From a virus (Duplodnaviria; Caudoviricetes): DNA of 64,000 nt. Positions within the stretch are counted from its first letter, which is position 1. Each line of letters begins with the position of its first letter. The stretch is from the IMG/VR virus record IMGVR_UViG_3300036951_000320, positions 8,446 through 72,445 of that record, one strand, 5' to 3'. The position numbers were made by a program, and so were the translations under genes. Of this stretch, positions 36,514 through 46,075 are shown one piece after another. Below the pieces are notes generated by a model. That model searched no databases, was not told the DNA's origin, and saw only the letters and a list, made by a program, of their open reading frames with translations.

Positions 36514-38724
36514 ATGGCCGGTTTCATTCGACGTTATTTATTCGATCCCGGATTTGAAGAGATTGCGGCGATCGAAGGTGTAGTGATCATTGATCGAGAA
36601 CCCCCGGCATCGATCACAGGGGTAGGATCGGGGACAGTGGCGATTGTTGGGGAATTCGAAAAAGGCCCCTTCAACGAACCGTGTGAGGTTGCTTCAAGCA
36701 CGGATTTTTTGAATACGTTCGGAGGCTTCGGATTCACTTATGACGGGGTGCCTTCGCAAAACCCATGCGCTCGTTCACGCAAAGCGGATGCCGCAATCAT
36801 TCCGGAGTATTGGAACGGGAACGGGTTCATTGCTCTTGCGGGGAAAAAATTTCGAAGATTGATCATTGTTCGCGTCGATACGTCTGTAGGTGAGGTGGAA
36901 TTCCGTCGGCTTGCGTGCTTGAAGGGTGCATCCGACTTCACGTTCAACCTTGAACCGGGGGACACTATCTCTACAGATGTGGGGGGCGGACCCGTTGCTG
37001 CAACATTCAACGCAACGGCGGCAACGGTAACGGGTGTTGCATTCGTTGGCGGTCTTGCGGCGGGTGAAAGCGTAACAATTGGATATGATGAAGAACCCAA
37101 TGTTGACGTTGTGTTTCTTGCTTCCGACGTGACGATCGGGGATGCGATCGCACGAATAAATCTTGCAGCGGGATTTGCGTTTGCATCGAACAATGCGGGA
37201 GCGATCCAACTAACGGGTCGCAAGCGCGGGACGGATGGGGAGGTTCGCATTGTGGCGGAGGCACCGGCGGGAGTGCTCGCAAAACTCGGTCTTGTCGTCG
37301 GGACAACGAGCGGCACAGGCAATGTAGCGGATATTGACGCGGTGACTTCGTTAGAAGTGCATACTGTAATTCACACGGCAAACCCATCGGTGAGCGTTGC
37401 GCGTGATGAAGGACAACGCTTGATTATGTGTAACACGACGACACCGGAAACAGGAACGCTCACGGTCACGGCAAGTACGGCGGTTTCTCTCGGGTTCAAT
37501 GCGGGGGATGCGTCAACGGCTGCGAATGGTGAAGACGGTGTGATTCCGGCGGGAACGCGTGTGCGTAATTCGATCGGGGATGAATGGGTAACGATGCAAG
37601 ATGTGAAAGTTACAGCGGCGAAGGCCGGCCCTTATGCGGTGAAGATTCGACCGGCAAATGATGACGGCACAACGGGATCGGAGATTGCCGGTTCGGCCAA
37701 CGTGCTTCCGTTCCCGATTCCGAACCTTGGCGGGTTCGCGGTGATCAACCCGTTGCCTATTTCGGCGGCATTGTCGGAGGCAACGATCGATTCAAAATAT
37801 CAAGATGCATTCGATACAACGAAAGACGTTTCCAACGTCGTGAAGGAAACGAATGTTATCGTATCGGCAAGGCAATCGAATTCGGTTCGATTGATGGCAC
37901 GCACGAACGCGATCGAATCTTCATCGGAGGGGTGCTTTGGGCGGATTGCGTGCATTCGACCACCGTTGAAGACACCGCGTGTGAAAGCGAAAAGCACAAC
38001 CGCGCAACCGGGGGTCGGAGCATATCGCGATCAACGGGTGGTATATTGTTATCCTGGCGTGCGTGTATTCATTCCGCAAATTGCTTCGGTGGGTTTGAGC
38101 GGAGGTGCCGGCTTCACGGCGGATGGTCGCATCGACGTTGGCGGGGACACATGGCTTGCCTCGATCATGTCGCAATTGCCCCCCGAAGAGAATCCGGGGC
38201 AGCAAACCACGTTCGCGACGAACATCCTCGGGGTCGAAGCGGACAACCCCGACGTTCAGGGAATGACGGTGAGCGACTACCGCGCGTTCCGCGCGAGCGG
38301 GATCGCGGCGTGGAGGATGGATGATGGTGTCGCGATTATTCAATCAGGTATCACAAGCGTTGACCCGACAACCCATCCGAACCTTAGAAATATCGCACGG
38401 CGCCGCATGGCGGATTTCATTCAAGATTCGTTGGCCCCTCGGATGAAGGCGTTCAACAAGAAGCTTGCAACGCGCATTCGACGCGCATTGATCATCGGAG
38501 AAATCGATGCGTTTCTTCGAGGGCTCCGCTCCGATGGAAACCCGGCATCACAACGAATTGAAAATTACTTGATCGATGCGTTGTCAGGGAACACGCCGGA
38601 AAGCCTTGCGGCTGGCGTGTTTCGCATCATTATCAAAGTCCGAACGCTCCCGTCGCTTGACGTGATTGTGCTTGATACAGAGGTAGGGGAGAACGTTCAA
38701 GTTACAGAAATTCTCGCGGCGTGA
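36514..38724 (+). CDS. Tail sheath protein
   Basis: VAIVGEFEKGPFNEP...DFLNTFGG N-terminus; NIARRRMADFIQDSL...IDAFLRGL...IIKVRTLPSLDVI C-terminus. Confidence 0.9.
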   Translation: MAGFIRRYLFDPGFEEIAAIEGVVIIDREPPASITGVGSGTVAIVGEFEKGPFNEPCEVASSTDFLNTFGGFGFTYDGVPSQNPCARSRKADAAIIPEYWNGNGFIALAGKKFRRLIIVRVDTSVGEVEFRRLACLKGASDFTFNLEPGDTISTDVGGGPVAATFNATAATVTGVAFVGGLAAGESVTIGYDEEPNVDVVFLASDVTIGDAIARINLAAGFAFASNNAGAIQLTGRKRGTDGEVRIVAEAPAGVLAKLGLVVGTTSGTGNVADIDAVTSLEVHTVIHTANPSVSVARDEGQRLIMCNTTTPETGTLTVTASTAVSLGFNAGDASTAANGEDGVIPAGTRVRNSIGDEWVTMQDVKVTAAKAGPYAVKIRPANDDGTTGSEIAGSANVLPFPIPNLGGFAVINPLPISAALSEATIDSKYQDAFDTTKDVSNVVKETNVIVSARQSNSVRLMARTNAIESSSEGCFGRIACIRPPLKTPRVKAKSTTAQPGVGAYRDQRVVYCYPGVRVFIPQIASVGLSGGAGFTADGRIDVGGDTWLASIMSQLPPEENPGQQTTFATNILGVEADNPDVQGMTVSDYRAFRASGIAAWRMDDGVAIIQSGITSVDPTTHPNLRNIARRRMADFIQDSLAPRMKAFNKKLATRIRRALIIGEIDAFLRGLRSDGNPASQRIENYLIDALSGNTPESLAAGVFRIIIKVRTLPSLDVIVLDTEVGENVQVTEILAA

Positions 38725-38743
38725 TTCGAAGGGAACGTGAAAA

Positions 38744-39187
38744 ATGGCGTCAAGACTAAAAGGGCAAGAGGTAGAAATCCGGGTGGTGAACGCCGGGAAC
38801 GTGGTGACTTCGATCGCGGCGATAGCCACCTTCAACGAACAAGTCATGCTCGAAACGAAGCAAGACGGCTTCCTTGGGGAAGTCGTGGATCGATTCGATG
38901 ATATTCTCCGAGGTTATGGCTTCGATCTGGAATTCCAGGTGTCGGAAGCTGCATGGATCGACTTGCAAACGGCGATCATCGATCGCGCGCAACGCAAGAC
39001 CCCCGAAGTCACGTTCAACGTGATCCGCACGGACTTCTATGCGAACGGCGACACGTTGATCGTGACCTACTCGGATGTGAAATTCGGGGCGCAACCGTTG
39101 TCGATCGCATCGCGCGGCGACTTTGTGAAGGTGAAAATTGAAGGCAAATCTTCGGAGCGAACGATTCAAAAAAATTCGCTTCCGTAA
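38744..39187 (+). CDS. Tail tube protein
   Basis: 147 aa directly after the sheath; beta-rich. Confidence 0.8.
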   Translation: MASRLKGQEVEIRVVNAGNVVTSIAAIATFNEQVMLETKQDGFLGEVVDRFDDILRGYGFDLEFQVSEAAWIDLQTAIIDRAQRKTPEVTFNVIRTDFYANGDTLIVTYSDVKFGAQPLSIASRGDFVKVKIEGKSSERTIQKNSLP

Positions 39188-39192
39188 AGGAA

Positions 39193-39259
39193 GACACCGG
39201 CGGCATGTTGACTGCTTGATCGACGGGTCAAGTCCCCTCCCCCTCATGCCGTCGGTGTC
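39193..39259 (+). other. Intergenic RNA stem-loop (15-bp stem) between the tube and chaperone genes
   Basis: GACACCGGCGGCATG (39193-39207) pairs with CATGCCGTCGGTGTC (39245-39259) with one G-U pair. Confidence 0.7.
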
Positions 39260-39284
39260 GCTTTGATCATGGGAGGTAAGGATC

Positions 39285-39854
39285 ATGTGCGACAAGGAAG
39301 AAGACTTACAGGAACAACCGTTGCCCCTCGAAGAAGAATCACCGGAGGATACTGTTGCGGAGGTGTCAGAGGATGACTCCACCGAAGAAGCGGAGGTGAT
39401 GAAACCGAAGCGCTATTTCGCGATCCCGAATGCGCGTGCGGGGGGGGCCCCACAATGGGCGAAGATCCCCTCCGGGTTCAAATTCCCACGTGGGCGACAA
39501 GTCGCGTTCATTCGCTTTCGAGCCGAATGGACGGACACCCCATGGAAGGGGGATCGTCAAGCGATTGTGTGGAGCCTCACAGATGCGGATGAAAAAATCG
39601 GGCTTGCACGTGCGATGGGGGACGTAAACCGCGCTGCAAATGAGCTATCAAAACAAATGCTTCGTGCTGTCGATGGGTATGAGGTGACATGGGATGGTTC
39701 ACCGGGACCGGGAAATATCGATCGATGGTGGACAGAAATCGGCGGCAAATGCCGACAAATTCTCGTTCGCGTATATACGCAGCTTCATGTTCTATCGGAG
39801 GAAGAACGCACGGATTTTTTCGAGAATTGCATCGAAGTACGCACGACGGGTTAA
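39285..39854 (+). CDS. Tail assembly chaperone (G-like)
   Basis: Between tube and tape measure; acidic N-terminus. Confidence 0.75.
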   Translation: MCDKEEDLQEQPLPLEEESPEDTVAEVSEDDSTEEAEVMKPKRYFAIPNARAGGAPQWAKIPSGFKFPRGRQVAFIRFRAEWTDTPWKGDRQAIVWSLTDADEKIGLARAMGDVNRAANELSKQMLRAVDGYEVTWDGSPGPGNIDRWWTEIGGKCRQILVRVYTQLHVLSEEERTDFFENCIEVRTTG

Positions 39855-40162
39855 GACGTGATGAATACGGGGAAACCTTAGATCCCGATGAAAGACGGCG
39901 GAGGCTTCAACGGCTTGGGGGTTTCCTTGGTAACGATGCGGACGGGGCGCGCTTCAACGCTGCGCTTGCATACGCTCTTGACCCGGTGGAGTTAGAGCGC
40001 GAGCGCAAAAGGCGTCATGTCTACCTCGGTAGGTATATGCATCTTTCGGTGACAAATCTTTCCGACGTGGAAGTTACGACACTCCGTGCATATATCGACC
40101 TTTTATCGGATCTTCTTCGAGCTGAACATCCTATATCAAGCATCACAGAAACCGACCGTTGA
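39815..40162 (+). CDS. -1 frameshift extension of the tail chaperone (GT-like)
   Basis: Slippery T TTT TTC at 39815-39821 (codons GAT TTT TTC); the -1 frame stays open to 40162. Confidence 0.7.
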   Translation, partial: FFRELHRSTHDGLRRDEYGETLDPDERRRRLQRLGGFLGNDADGARFNAALAYALDPVELERERKRRHVYLGRYMHLSVTNLSDVEVTTLRAYIDLLSDLLRAEHPISSITETDR

Positions 40163-40179
40163 ATAGTTGCGCGATGACC

Positions 40180-40199
40180 ACGGAAACACGTGTTTCCGT
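40180..40199. promoter_or_regulatory. 20-bp perfect palindrome (copy 5), before the tape measure promoter
   Basis: Exact match. Confidence 0.8.
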
Positions 40200-40241
40200 C
40201 ATCATTGCGCAACCATAGGATTGCGGGCTACCCTTCATGGT

Positions 40242-42215
40242 ATGGCTACACGTGACGTGGAAGTCCGAACCAAGCTAACGCTTGACGATCAAGCATCGGG
40301 AGCGTTGAAGCGGATCAAGGATGGGTTCGGCGATGTAGAAGAAGGACAAAAGCGAGCGGCGGGAGGAATGGGGTTCTTCACGGCAACGCTCGCGAACTTC
40401 GCGGCAATGTCCATCGGCCCGGCGGCGCGGGGCTTGTATGACTTCGCGAAGGGGTTTCTTGACGCGGCGGCGGCGGGGCAAGACGCGGATCAAGCGATCG
40501 CCGGTTTGATAACGGCGGTTCAGGGGATCCCGTGGAAGGAAGCGCACGATCAAGCCGAAGCGCTCGGGGATGCGATCGACGAAATCGGGATCGCGGCGGG
40601 GCAACCGATCGATGACGTGGCGAACGCTTTCCAAGCGTTGATCGAGCTTGAAGGCGCGAGCGCGGCGGGCATCGCGAAGGCGAAGGATGAAGTCGCGAAG
40701 ATGGCAACCGTTGCCAACGTGCTTGGCATGAGCACGGAGGCGATCGCGCGCGAATACGGGATGATGGGGGAGGGGATGCTTCGGACGCGCGGGCGCCTCT
40801 TCCAATTGCTCCAAACGACGGGGATCTTCGGGCAGAACACGAAGGAAGCCGCAACCTACTGGGCGAAGCTCACGGAGGCGCAACGCACGGAAGCGCTTGC
40901 GCGCGGGCTTGAAGAAGTATCGGGCAAGCTTGGGAAGGCAACCCCGACGTTCCATGACTTGCTCAATTCGATCGAAAACATGTGGGAGGTTGCAAAGGAA
41001 AAGCTCGGGGAACCCCTTCTAAACGCCTTGATCCCGGTCATGAAGGATCTCGTCGAAAAGATGAAGGCGGGGCGCGGCGAGATCGAAGCCTTCGCAAAAT
41101 CCATGTCAACCGACGTGAAAAAATGGGTAGAGAAAGCGGCAAAGGCAATCCAAGACGGGTTCGAATGGATCAAGACGCATCACGAAGAAATACGTGATGC
41201 GATCGTCGATGGTGTGAATACAGCAAGGGGGGTGGTCGAATTCATCCTTGCTCACAAGGAAGAAATTGCGCTTGCATTCGGAGTGCGTGCTGTAGCGCCC
41301 GTGATATCGGCGGGGGCAGAGGTGGCAAAGGGTGTAACGGGACTTGCGGCGCAAGGTATTCCCGGGCTTGGGGTTGTAGGAACGGGTGGCGGCATAGCGG
41401 CGGCGGGTGTGGCACTTGCGGCGTTCACGGCGGCGGTGGTAACGGCTGCGCTTGCGGCGGAACAAGCGGCGAAGCTCTACAAGGAAGCGGGAGGAACGCG
41501 CGGTGAAACGGGACGCTCATTGGACGCCCGTCTTGAATATGCACGACAGATAAAGGCAACCGCCGGCGGTGAATGGAGGCAGTGGTCGCCGCAAGAGGTG
41601 GAAGCCTTTGGTCATATCCGAGAAAGTGCCGTCAAGGAAGCGACGGAGTTAGGCGAAGACTCCTGGAAGGTGGGGGAGGCGTTTGACGCGGCATGGGCTG
41701 CACACATGGACGCGGTGCATCGTATGCAGCAAATCGGTGAAAGCTTCGAGCGTACGAACGAAGAAATCCGGCGGCTTGAGGAAGCAGGCGAAGACCCGGG
41801 GTTGGCGATCGGAGGTATAACGTCAATGTTCACTCAAGCCGTGCAAGCGAACGATCAAGGCATGGCGATCTACCTTGCAACGTTACTTTCGAAAAACAAG
41901 AATCTTGCCGATACGTTCATCTTCGCGACGGATCTCACGGGGCAATCGATCGATGCCTTCGTGTCCATGGTTGAAGGCAAGGCATCGGGGCTCGAAGAAT
42001 TGATCAAGCAATTACAGGAACGAGGCGCGCAAACGAGCGCTGCCCCGACAACCCCGGCCCCTAAGATATCCATGAGCGGTGGACAAACTTTCAATATCAA
42101 ACAAGAATTTCGGGATCAAGATCCCGATCGTGTGGCGTTCGTGTTCCGTCGCGATATTGTGCGAGCGGCGGAAAACAGGCTTCAAGCCATCACTACAAGT
42201 CCGTTCGGGACTTGA
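40242..42215 (+). CDS. Tape measure protein
   Basis: MATRDVEVRTKLTLDDQASGAL; Ala/Gly-rich helical repeats; TMP-like C-terminus. Confidence 0.9.
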   Translation: MATRDVEVRTKLTLDDQASGALKRIKDGFGDVEEGQKRAAGGMGFFTATLANFAAMSIGPAARGLYDFAKGFLDAAAAGQDADQAIAGLITAVQGIPWKEAHDQAEALGDAIDEIGIAAGQPIDDVANAFQALIELEGASAAGIAKAKDEVAKMATVANVLGMSTEAIAREYGMMGEGMLRTRGRLFQLLQTTGIFGQNTKEAATYWAKLTEAQRTEALARGLEEVSGKLGKATPTFHDLLNSIENMWEVAKEKLGEPLLNALIPVMKDLVEKMKAGRGEIEAFAKSMSTDVKKWVEKAAKAIQDGFEWIKTHHEEIRDAIVDGVNTARGVVEFILAHKEEIALAFGVRAVAPVISAGAEVAKGVTGLAAQGIPGLGVVGTGGGIAAAGVALAAFTAAVVTAALAAEQAAKLYKEAGGTRGETGRSLDARLEYARQIKATAGGEWRQWSPQEVEAFGHIRESAVKEATELGEDSWKVGEAFDAAWAAHMDAVHRMQQIGESFERTNEEIRRLEEAGEDPGLAIGGITSMFTQAVQANDQGMAIYLATLLSKNKNLADTFIFATDLTGQSIDAFVSMVEGKASGLEELIKQLQERGAQTSAAPTTPAPKISMSGGQTFNIKQEFRDQDPDRVAFVFRRDIVRAAENRLQAITTSPFGT

Positions 42216-42260
42216 TAACCGTTGTCGTGATAACCTTCGAAAATCGAACGAGGAACCGAT

Positions 42261-43013
42261 ATGGAAAACAAGATGCCGCTAATCCGTAGTTTGTTGATCA
42301 AAGGTGGTGAGCCGCTCCCGGATGGGTTTGAAGAATTGCTAGAAGATGCCGGGGTGGCGATCGTGTCAATCGATGAATTGGACGATGAACAGTTAGGCGC
42401 ACTTGTAAGCATGGCAGAAGAGGCTGCAAGTGACGGAACACTCGATGCCGCTTTCAAAAAAAATGTAGCAGGGGCCGGCGGCGCATACGGGGGGCATGTT
42501 GAAGAGGAAGAAACCCTAGAGGATGAAGCAGCGGAAACCCCCGAGGAACAAGCGGCTGAATACGCGGCGGGGACGGAGCAACATTCGACGGAAGAATTCG
42601 TTGACATGGCGGAAGATACAACGGAGAAAGTCGAATCGCTTGTGGAAGAAATTGAAGACGTGGCGATTGAGGTTTCCGATCCTTCAACCGTTGAAGATTT
42701 AGTTGTGCAAGCAAGAGGGCTTTTGACAGCATGCAAGGATGCTGTCGATGAAACGAAAATTGCGTTGCAAGAAGATGATATTCAAGCCGCTGCTTCGGCG
42801 GCTGCGCAATGCAACGAAGCGCTTGAAACGGTGAAGGATATTCTTGCACAAGCAAAGGAAGCGTCATCCGAAGAAGAAAGCGATCCCGAAGAAGCCAACG
42901 GTGGGAAAAATGGTCGTGGTTCTTCGGATGCAACCACCCCTCCGAAAGTAGAGCCTTCGGAAGCACCGCTCGTAACATGGGCAACCATGGCGGCGAAAGG
43001 GTGCAAATTTTAG
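42261..43013 (+). CDS. Highly acidic hypothetical protein
   Basis: Glu/Asp-rich; AGGA RBS. Confidence 0.7.
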   Translation: MENKMPLIRSLLIKGGEPLPDGFEELLEDAGVAIVSIDELDDEQLGALVSMAEEAASDGTLDAAFKKNVAGAGGAYGGHVEEEETLEDEAAETPEEQAAEYAAGTEQHSTEEFVDMAEDTTEKVESLVEEIEDVAIEVSDPSTVEDLVVQARGLLTACKDAVDETKIALQEDDIQAAASAAAQCNEALETVKDILAQAKEASSEEESDPEEANGGKNGRGSSDATTPPKVEPSEAPLVTWATMAAKGCKF

Positions 43014-43033
43014 TTTAGGCGAGGAAATCGGTA

Positions 43034-44272
43034 GTGGCCCCGACGATCGCAAGCGTGATCACGGTTGAAGAAATAGGCGGAGGGCGCAAGCTCGAATTGC
43101 GTGGCTCGTCGCTTCCCTTTTATGGTGCGGAATGGGGCACGGCGCAACGGCTTGTCACTAAGTGGTATGCGGGCAACACGATCGAAGCAACGCAGCAAGT
43201 GTTAGGTCCGATCGAATTGCCTTCACAATGGGAGGGTGAATGGAACACTACCCGGCTTGTGGGCTCCCCTGCAAAATATACGGATGATGATGGAACGGAG
43301 CGATATATCACGCGAGCATCGACGCTCCGTGATGTGTGCGATGGGTTGTTTTATTCGGGCGCGTTGTGCCGTGTGACGTGGGCTTCCACGTTGAACACTC
43401 CGACCGGCATGAACACGAGACGCGTTGTGCGTGAGGGGCGCGCAAAGGAATGGAGGTTCCCGCATACGAGAGCCGATGATATTCGGTGGTCAATTGAATG
43501 GGAATGGATCGGGCGCGGAGGAAGACAGCAACGGGTGGTAGCGTTCCGTGATGAAGGCACGGAGGCGCTGCTTCGTGATGTGATCGTGAGTATCAATGAA
43601 GCAACGGCGGCGATCGAATCATCACCGCTTGTTTCGAGCAATCGTGCGGTGAAGAATTCGGCAACCCCTTTCACGCTTGGCCAACTCGAAGCTTTCCTTG
43701 ACGGCCCCAACCAACTTATGCGTGACTTCGCACGGTTCGCAAATTCGATCACGAACCGGATGAAGCGCATCGGGGACATGATCAAAAAGGTTCGTGGGAT
43801 GACTGCAAGCCTTGCGGGGCAAGCGCTTGACGTTTCCACAAATGCAATTGCGGTTTGCAATCAATTTGTGGATGACATGAGCCGCCCGGCGCCCGAGACT
43901 CTTGCAACGAAACAGAAAGTTTCAAGTATGCTCACGGCGGCAAGTTACTTCGGGGAAGGCCAAACACAAGCGGGATATGTTCAAGATGCCAACGTTAGGC
44001 TGGCGAGAATTGCTCAACAACGGAGGAATGCGCTTCTCCCTGGTAATTCAGATCCTAACGGTAGGATGAACACGAATGGAGTTTTGACAGTACATATCGG
44101 GAGAGAAGGCGACACTTTGCCGGGGATTTCATCGCGTTATTATGGCACTCCGGATCGCTCCGATTTGATCGCAATTGCGAATGGTCTTCCCGCGTATCAA
44201 GTCGAAATCGATCCGGGGGAGATCATAGTTGTTCCGTTATTGAAAAATGCGGACACGTCAAAGGAAGTATGA
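43034..44272 (+). CDS. Tail tube initiator with a C-terminal LysM/tail-X domain
   Basis: GDTLPGISSRYYGTPDRSDLIAIANGL; position after the TMP. Confidence 0.75.
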   Translation: MAPTIASVITVEEIGGGRKLELRGSSLPFYGAEWGTAQRLVTKWYAGNTIEATQQVLGPIELPSQWEGEWNTTRLVGSPAKYTDDDGTERYITRASTLRDVCDGLFYSGALCRVTWASTLNTPTGMNTRRVVREGRAKEWRFPHTRADDIRWSIEWEWIGRGGRQQRVVAFRDEGTEALLRDVIVSINEATAAIESSPLVSSNRAVKNSATPFTLGQLEAFLDGPNQLMRDFARFANSITNRMKRIGDMIKKVRGMTASLAGQALDVSTNAIAVCNQFVDDMSRPAPETLATKQKVSSMLTAASYFGEGQTQAGYVQDANVRLARIAQQRRNALLPGNSDPNGRMNTNGVLTVHIGREGDTLPGISSRYYGTPDRSDLIAIANGLPAYQVEIDPGEIIVVPLLKNADTSKEV

Positions 44273-44308
44273 ATCACTTGATCGAAACCACGCATCGGGT
44301 GAAGCTAA

Positions 44309-46075
44309 ATGCCGATGCGAGAGCAACCCCGACAAACCTATTTTCCATCCGCCCGGCTCCGCTTGATCGTGCGGCTCGAAGATTTTGATCAAGCGCAGTT
44401 ACCGCCGGCACCGGCACGACCCCCACAACTTCGACGGGGGACGGGCAGAGACGAAGCTCCGCTTCGGATCGTCGAACGCGATGGGGTGCTCGTGCTTGAA
44501 CCGAAGAGCGGTGACGCGACTTCGACGGGAGGCCCGCAAGAGCAAACGACAAGCTCCGACGATTTGACCTTCGAGATCGCGGGTATAGTCCCGATCGCGG
44601 TGAACGTCGGACGCAACGGCATTCGCACCGCATCGACTCTATCGGCGGATCTTCGATTTCGCGATTTGCCGATTGATCCTCGCGTTGTTCGTGCGTGTGC
44701 GGTTGAATTCTATTTGGGGACGGTATCTGAAGAAGATTTCAAGCGGGGGGTGTCGGGCGGGCTTCGCGCGACCCCTGGCGGGGCCCCGAGCGGGACGGGC
44801 GGAAGCCCGTTGCATCTTGTTCCGGATACGTATCAGGACCGACACGGGCGAACGCGCACTAACCTTCGATTTCAGGGATGGGTTGATGAATGGAGCGCAT
44901 CATGGCCGGATGATGATGAACCGATCGTGCATATAGAATGTACGGATAACACGCGTTTATTGATCGATCAGGGAGCACCGCCACAACTTGTGCTTGACGC
45001 GAAGATTCCTCTTGATCGATCAATCGCCACGTATCTTTCGAATTTCCCCCAATTTAGGGGGCTTGGGGTGGAGTATAGGCCGGCGGGGGGTCCGATCCCG
45101 ATGCTTGAAGAGGCGCTTGCACGCACGGCGTTCCGGCCCCGACTAGGGCCAGGCCCCGGTGGTGGTGGCGACAAGATGACGGTTTGGGATTTCATTACGG
45201 ACGTTTGCGGGAGCGTGGGGCATACGGTTCGCATCGAGAACACGACGATCGTTATACAGAGGGCGAGAACGCTTTACTCGAACGCATTCAGCGGACGCCC
45301 CGATGACCCCTTCACGGGGCGCACGCTCCCGAGCGGGCGCGTGTTGACGCGGCGGCTCATGGTGTACGGGCGGAACATCGCCGACATGGAATTCAAACGA
45401 AAATTCAGTAGGGGGGCTCCGACAAATATTGAAGTCAGGTGTTACCACGGAAGACGGAAGAAAACACTTGTCGCACGATTCCCCGATGCTCGATCGAAGA
45501 CCCCCGGAACAACCCCGCAAACAAGGCCACATCCCGGAAATGCGAATGAGCAGAAATGGCTCGTGATCCGGGTGCGCGGCGTACAGGACGAAGCGGCGCT
45601 TCGGATCGTTGCACAATCGATCTACGAATCGTTCAATCGGAATGAGCTTCAGGTGAGCTTCACCACGAAGTCACTTGCGACCTTCGGAGGTGACAACCTT
45701 GACCCCGACGCTCTTGATCTCATGCCGGGCGATGCGATTGACGTTGAAATCAACCGCGAAGCGACGGAGATCACGACGGCGGGTTTCGTCGAAGATCGCA
45801 CGGCGACGGCGGCGGAAGAATTCTTGAAGGGGCTCGGGTATTCCCCGGCGTTCGCGGCGGCTTACTCGAAAGCTGCAACGAACATCGGGGTCCCGGTGAC
45901 GTTCCGCGTGAAGAAGGTAGGGCTCGATTGGAGCAACGAAGAAGGCGTGACGATCGACGTTGAAGCTGTCAACTACATCGAAGTTCGCGCTGATCGTGTG
46001 CTTCCAACCGGCGAAGAAATCGAACCGGAAGATACAGCGGGGGTTTCTCCGGTTACTGTAGTAGTCGATGATTGA
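44309..46075 (+). CDS. Baseplate hub protein (Mu gp44 / P2 gpD-like)
   Basis: FQGWVDEW...IECTDNTRLL...TVWDFITDVC; position. Confidence 0.75.
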   Translation: MPMREQPRQTYFPSARLRLIVRLEDFDQAQLPPAPARPPQLRRGTGRDEAPLRIVERDGVLVLEPKSGDATSTGGPQEQTTSSDDLTFEIAGIVPIAVNVGRNGIRTASTLSADLRFRDLPIDPRVVRACAVEFYLGTVSEEDFKRGVSGGLRATPGGAPSGTGGSPLHLVPDTYQDRHGRTRTNLRFQGWVDEWSASWPDDDEPIVHIECTDNTRLLIDQGAPPQLVLDAKIPLDRSIATYLSNFPQFRGLGVEYRPAGGPIPMLEEALARTAFRPRLGPGPGGGGDKMTVWDFITDVCGSVGHTVRIENTTIVIQRARTLYSNAFSGRPDDPFTGRTLPSGRVLTRRLMVYGRNIADMEFKRKFSRGAPTNIEVRCYHGRRKKTLVARFPDARSKTPGTTPQTRPHPGNANEQKWLVIRVRGVQDEAALRIVAQSIYESFNRNELQVSFTTKSLATFGGDNLDPDALDLMPGDAIDVEINREATEITTAGFVEDRTATAAEEFLKGLGYSPAFAAAYSKAATNIGVPVTFRVKKVGLDWSNEEGVTIDVEAVNYIEVRADRVLPTGEEIEPEDTAGVSPVTVVVDD

